Positions 62,409 to 64,000 of a stretch of 64,000 bases of DNA are shown one piece after another; positions within the stretch are counted from its first letter, which is position 1; every line of letters starts with the position of its first letter. Made by a program: the position numbers and the translations under genes. This DNA comes from Xenorhabdus szentirmaii DSM 16338 (GTDB taxonomy: Bacteria > Pseudomonadota > Gammaproteobacteria > Enterobacterales > Enterobacteriaceae). The stretch spans positions 476,595 through 540,594 of the forward strand of contig NZ_NIBV01000001.1 in NCBI RefSeq assembly GCF_002632585.1, given 5' to 3'. The notes under the pieces are model-generated. The model made no database searches and was not told the origin of the DNA. It was given only the letters and a program-made list of their open reading frames with translations.

Positions 62409-62446
62409 AAACGGTATCTAAATTTCTCAATTCCGTTTCCTAGAAG
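62409..62446 (-). promoter_or_regulatory. Stem-loop in the pnp 5' leader (candidate RNase III autoregulatory hairpin).
   Basis: GGAAACGG(n22)CCGTTTCC inverted repeat between rpsO and pnp. Confidence 0.4.
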
Positions 62447-62447
62447 A

Positions 62448-62482
62448 AAAGGGGCCCGATTAGGCCCCTTTCCACTGAAACT
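62448..62482 (-). terminator. rpsO rho-independent terminator.
   Basis: The minus strand reads AAAGGGGCCTAATCGGGCCCCTTTTCTTC. Confidence 0.8.
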
Positions 62483-62488
62483 TATCGA

Positions 62489-62758
62489 TTAGCGACGCAG
62501 ACCCAGACGCTCAATCAGCGTGGTGTAGCGAGCCAAGTCTTTACGCTTCAGGTAGTTCAGCAGTTTACGACGCTGTGCAACTTTTCTCAACAGACCACGA
62601 CGGCTGTGGTGATCTTTCTTGTGCTCAGAGAAGTGACCTTGCAGTTGGTTAATGTCAGCAGTCAGCAGGGCAATCTGAACTTCGCTGGAACCACTGTCGT
62701 TAGCGCCACGGCCAAAATCAACAAGAATCTGCGCTTTTGCAGCAGTACTTAGAGACAT
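62489..62758 (-). CDS. rpsO: 30S ribosomal protein S15.
   Basis: 89 aa with [18 protein letters not shown]... Confidence 0.95.
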   Translation of the reverse strand: MSLSTAAKAQILVDFGRGANDSGSSEVQIALLTADINQLQGHFSEHKKDHHSRRGLLRKVAQRRKLLNYLKRKDLARYTTLIERLGLRR

Positions 62759-62952
62759 AGTATAACTCCAAATATGTAGTTTAAAATGACGAGTGCCGAT
62801 CTCTAATTCAGCGACTCATATATAGACGCGGTATTCTACGCTGCAAATAAGTGAAGCGCAAGACAGCACAATTGCCGCCATTCACTGCTTCAACGCAATT
62901 TGTCTGCTCAAAATTCCTTGTCAGTTACTATATTCCTTGTCAGGAACAAGCA

Positions 62953-63906
62953 TTATTCAATTTCAGGTTCAGTTTCAACCACCAGACGACGCGGAGCAAC
63001 CTGCCCATCATCATCAATCACCGCAATGCCAATGAATTTATTTTCATCACTTTCGGTGACCCGCACCCATTCACCGGAAGCCAGATTGTGCCCGCTCCGA
63101 ACGGGTTGCCCTTGTTTAAAATAGGATGCAACCACGGATGGCAAGTGGATCACAGGGAAATGAGCAACAGCGGTATCCATAGGCAACAACAATGGATCAA
63201 GCAGCGTTCCTGCTTCAATTTCTTGATCTTCAGCTTGTTGCTTTAATTCATATAACTGTTCCAGCGTCACCATTCTTTGATTCGGGTAATTGGCAACCTG
63301 CAAACGGCGCAGATAAATCACATGCGCACCACAGCCCAAAAGTTCACCCAAGTCATCCGTAATGGTGCGGATGTAAGTTCCCTTGGAACAATGTATTTCC
63401 AATTCCAGCTCATTCCCTTCCCAACGAATGAACTGTAATTCATAAACGGTGATAGGGCGCGCTTCTCTTTCAACTTCAATACCCTGACGGGCATATTCAT
63501 ACAGCGGCTTTCCTTGGTGTTTCAATGCAGAATACATAGAAGGAACCTGCAAAGTGTCACCACGGAATGTCTCTAAGGCCGCATCAAGCTGAGCCTGAGT
63601 GATTACCACTTCACGTTCACTGATGATCTGCCCATGTGAATCAGAAGTGTCTGTTCGCTGCCCCAGACGGGCAATCACCCGATAGCGCTTATCAGAATCC
63701 AGCAGGAATTGGGAGAATTTGGTCGCTTCACCAAGGCAAATCGGCAACATACCTGTTGCCAGTGGGTCCAGTGCACCCGTATGGCCTGCTTTACAGGCAT
63801 TGAAAATTCGCCTTACTTTCTGTAACGCATCATTGGAGGAAATATCCTGCGGCTTATCCAGCAACAGTACACCGTTTATTGCACGGCCTCTACGACGACG
63901 CCCCAT
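62953..63906 (-). CDS. truB: tRNA pseudouridine-55 synthase.
   Basis: Collinear with E. coli TruB ([44 protein letters not shown]). Confidence 0.95.
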   Translation of the reverse strand: MGRRRRGRAINGVLLLDKPQDISSNDALQKVRRIFNACKAGHTGALDPLATGMLPICLGEATKFSQFLLDSDKRYRVIARLGQRTDTSDSHGQIISEREVVITQAQLDAALETFRGDTLQVPSMYSALKHQGKPLYEYARQGIEVEREARPITVYELQFIRWEGNELELEIHCSKGTYIRTITDDLGELLGCGAHVIYLRRLQVANYPNQRMVTLEQLYELKQQAEDQEIEAGTLLDPLLLPMDTAVAHFPVIHLPSVVASYFKQGQPVRSGHNLASGEWVRVTESDENKFIGIAVIDDDGQVAPRRLVVETEPEIE

Positions 63907-64000
63907 TATTTTTCCTCGTTGTGATCCGCAGATGCACGGCGCTGCTCGTCACTTTTCACGACATTGCTGACCAGATTCGACATGCGCATCCCTTCCACCA
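63907..64000 (-). CDS. rbfA: Ribosome-binding factor A, 3' end only (partial at the window edge).
   Basis: The minus-strand frame gives ..[30 protein letters not shown], which is RbfA C-terminus-like. It is adjacent to truB as in the nusA-infB operon. Confidence 0.7.

Noticed and set aside
62247-62488. Possible divergent sRNA (SraG-like) between rpsO and pnp
   Set aside because: Only the expected pnp leader hairpin and the rpsO terminator are evident, and I cannot support an independent sRNA from sequence alone.

Overview
This is an enterobacterial chromosomal window, probably from the Proteus, Providencia, Morganella, Photorhabdus or Xenorhabdus group, with mixed GC content. It joins two backbone neighbourhoods that are far apart in E. 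coli. One is the pyrLBI / argI / rraB / yjgM / ridA / nrdDG region (E. coli about 96 min). The other is the yhbPQST / deaD / nlpI / pnp / rpsO / truB / rbfA region (about 71 min). Accessory material is interleaved throughout:

- A partial YadA-like trimeric autotransporter adhesin with perfect 66-bp tandem repeats.
- A polar amino-acid ABC transporter.
- A complete carnitine-to-TMA-to-D-malate-to-pyruvate locus: dmlR, dmlA, yeaV, yeaW (cntA), an aldehyde dehydrogenase, and yeaX (cntB).
- A DUF1778/GNAT (TacAT-like) toxin-antitoxin pair.
- A very AT-rich four-gene operon of small membrane proteins of unknown function.
- An RtcR/sigma54-controlled RNA-repair cassette of unusual composition (SPFH protein, RtcB, pol-beta nucleotidyltransferase, KptA, no RtcA) whose leader carries a tRNA-like T-arm/acceptor mimic.
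- rbn.
- An IS200/IS605 element plus TnpB remnants.
- An approximately 8.5-kb insertion that splits pyrB from pyrI. It carries paralogous polytopic membrane proteins, a YdeP-like molybdoenzyme, DUF1311, DUF819 and a VanX-like D-Ala-D-Ala dipeptidase.
- An nrdD that lacks its N-terminal ATP-cone.
- A HlyD plus two ABC-2 permease operon with no ATPase gene.
- A FimB/FimE-like recombinase divergent from a 997-aa intimin/invasin-family adhesin.
- btsSR.

No CRISPR arrays or rRNA genes are present, and no canonical tRNA genes were found by eye. The best candidates for a novel system are the RtcR-linked SPFH-RtcB-NTase-KptA module with its tRNA-mimic leader, the AT-rich membrane-protein operon next to the TA pair, and the membrane-protein island inside pyrBI.
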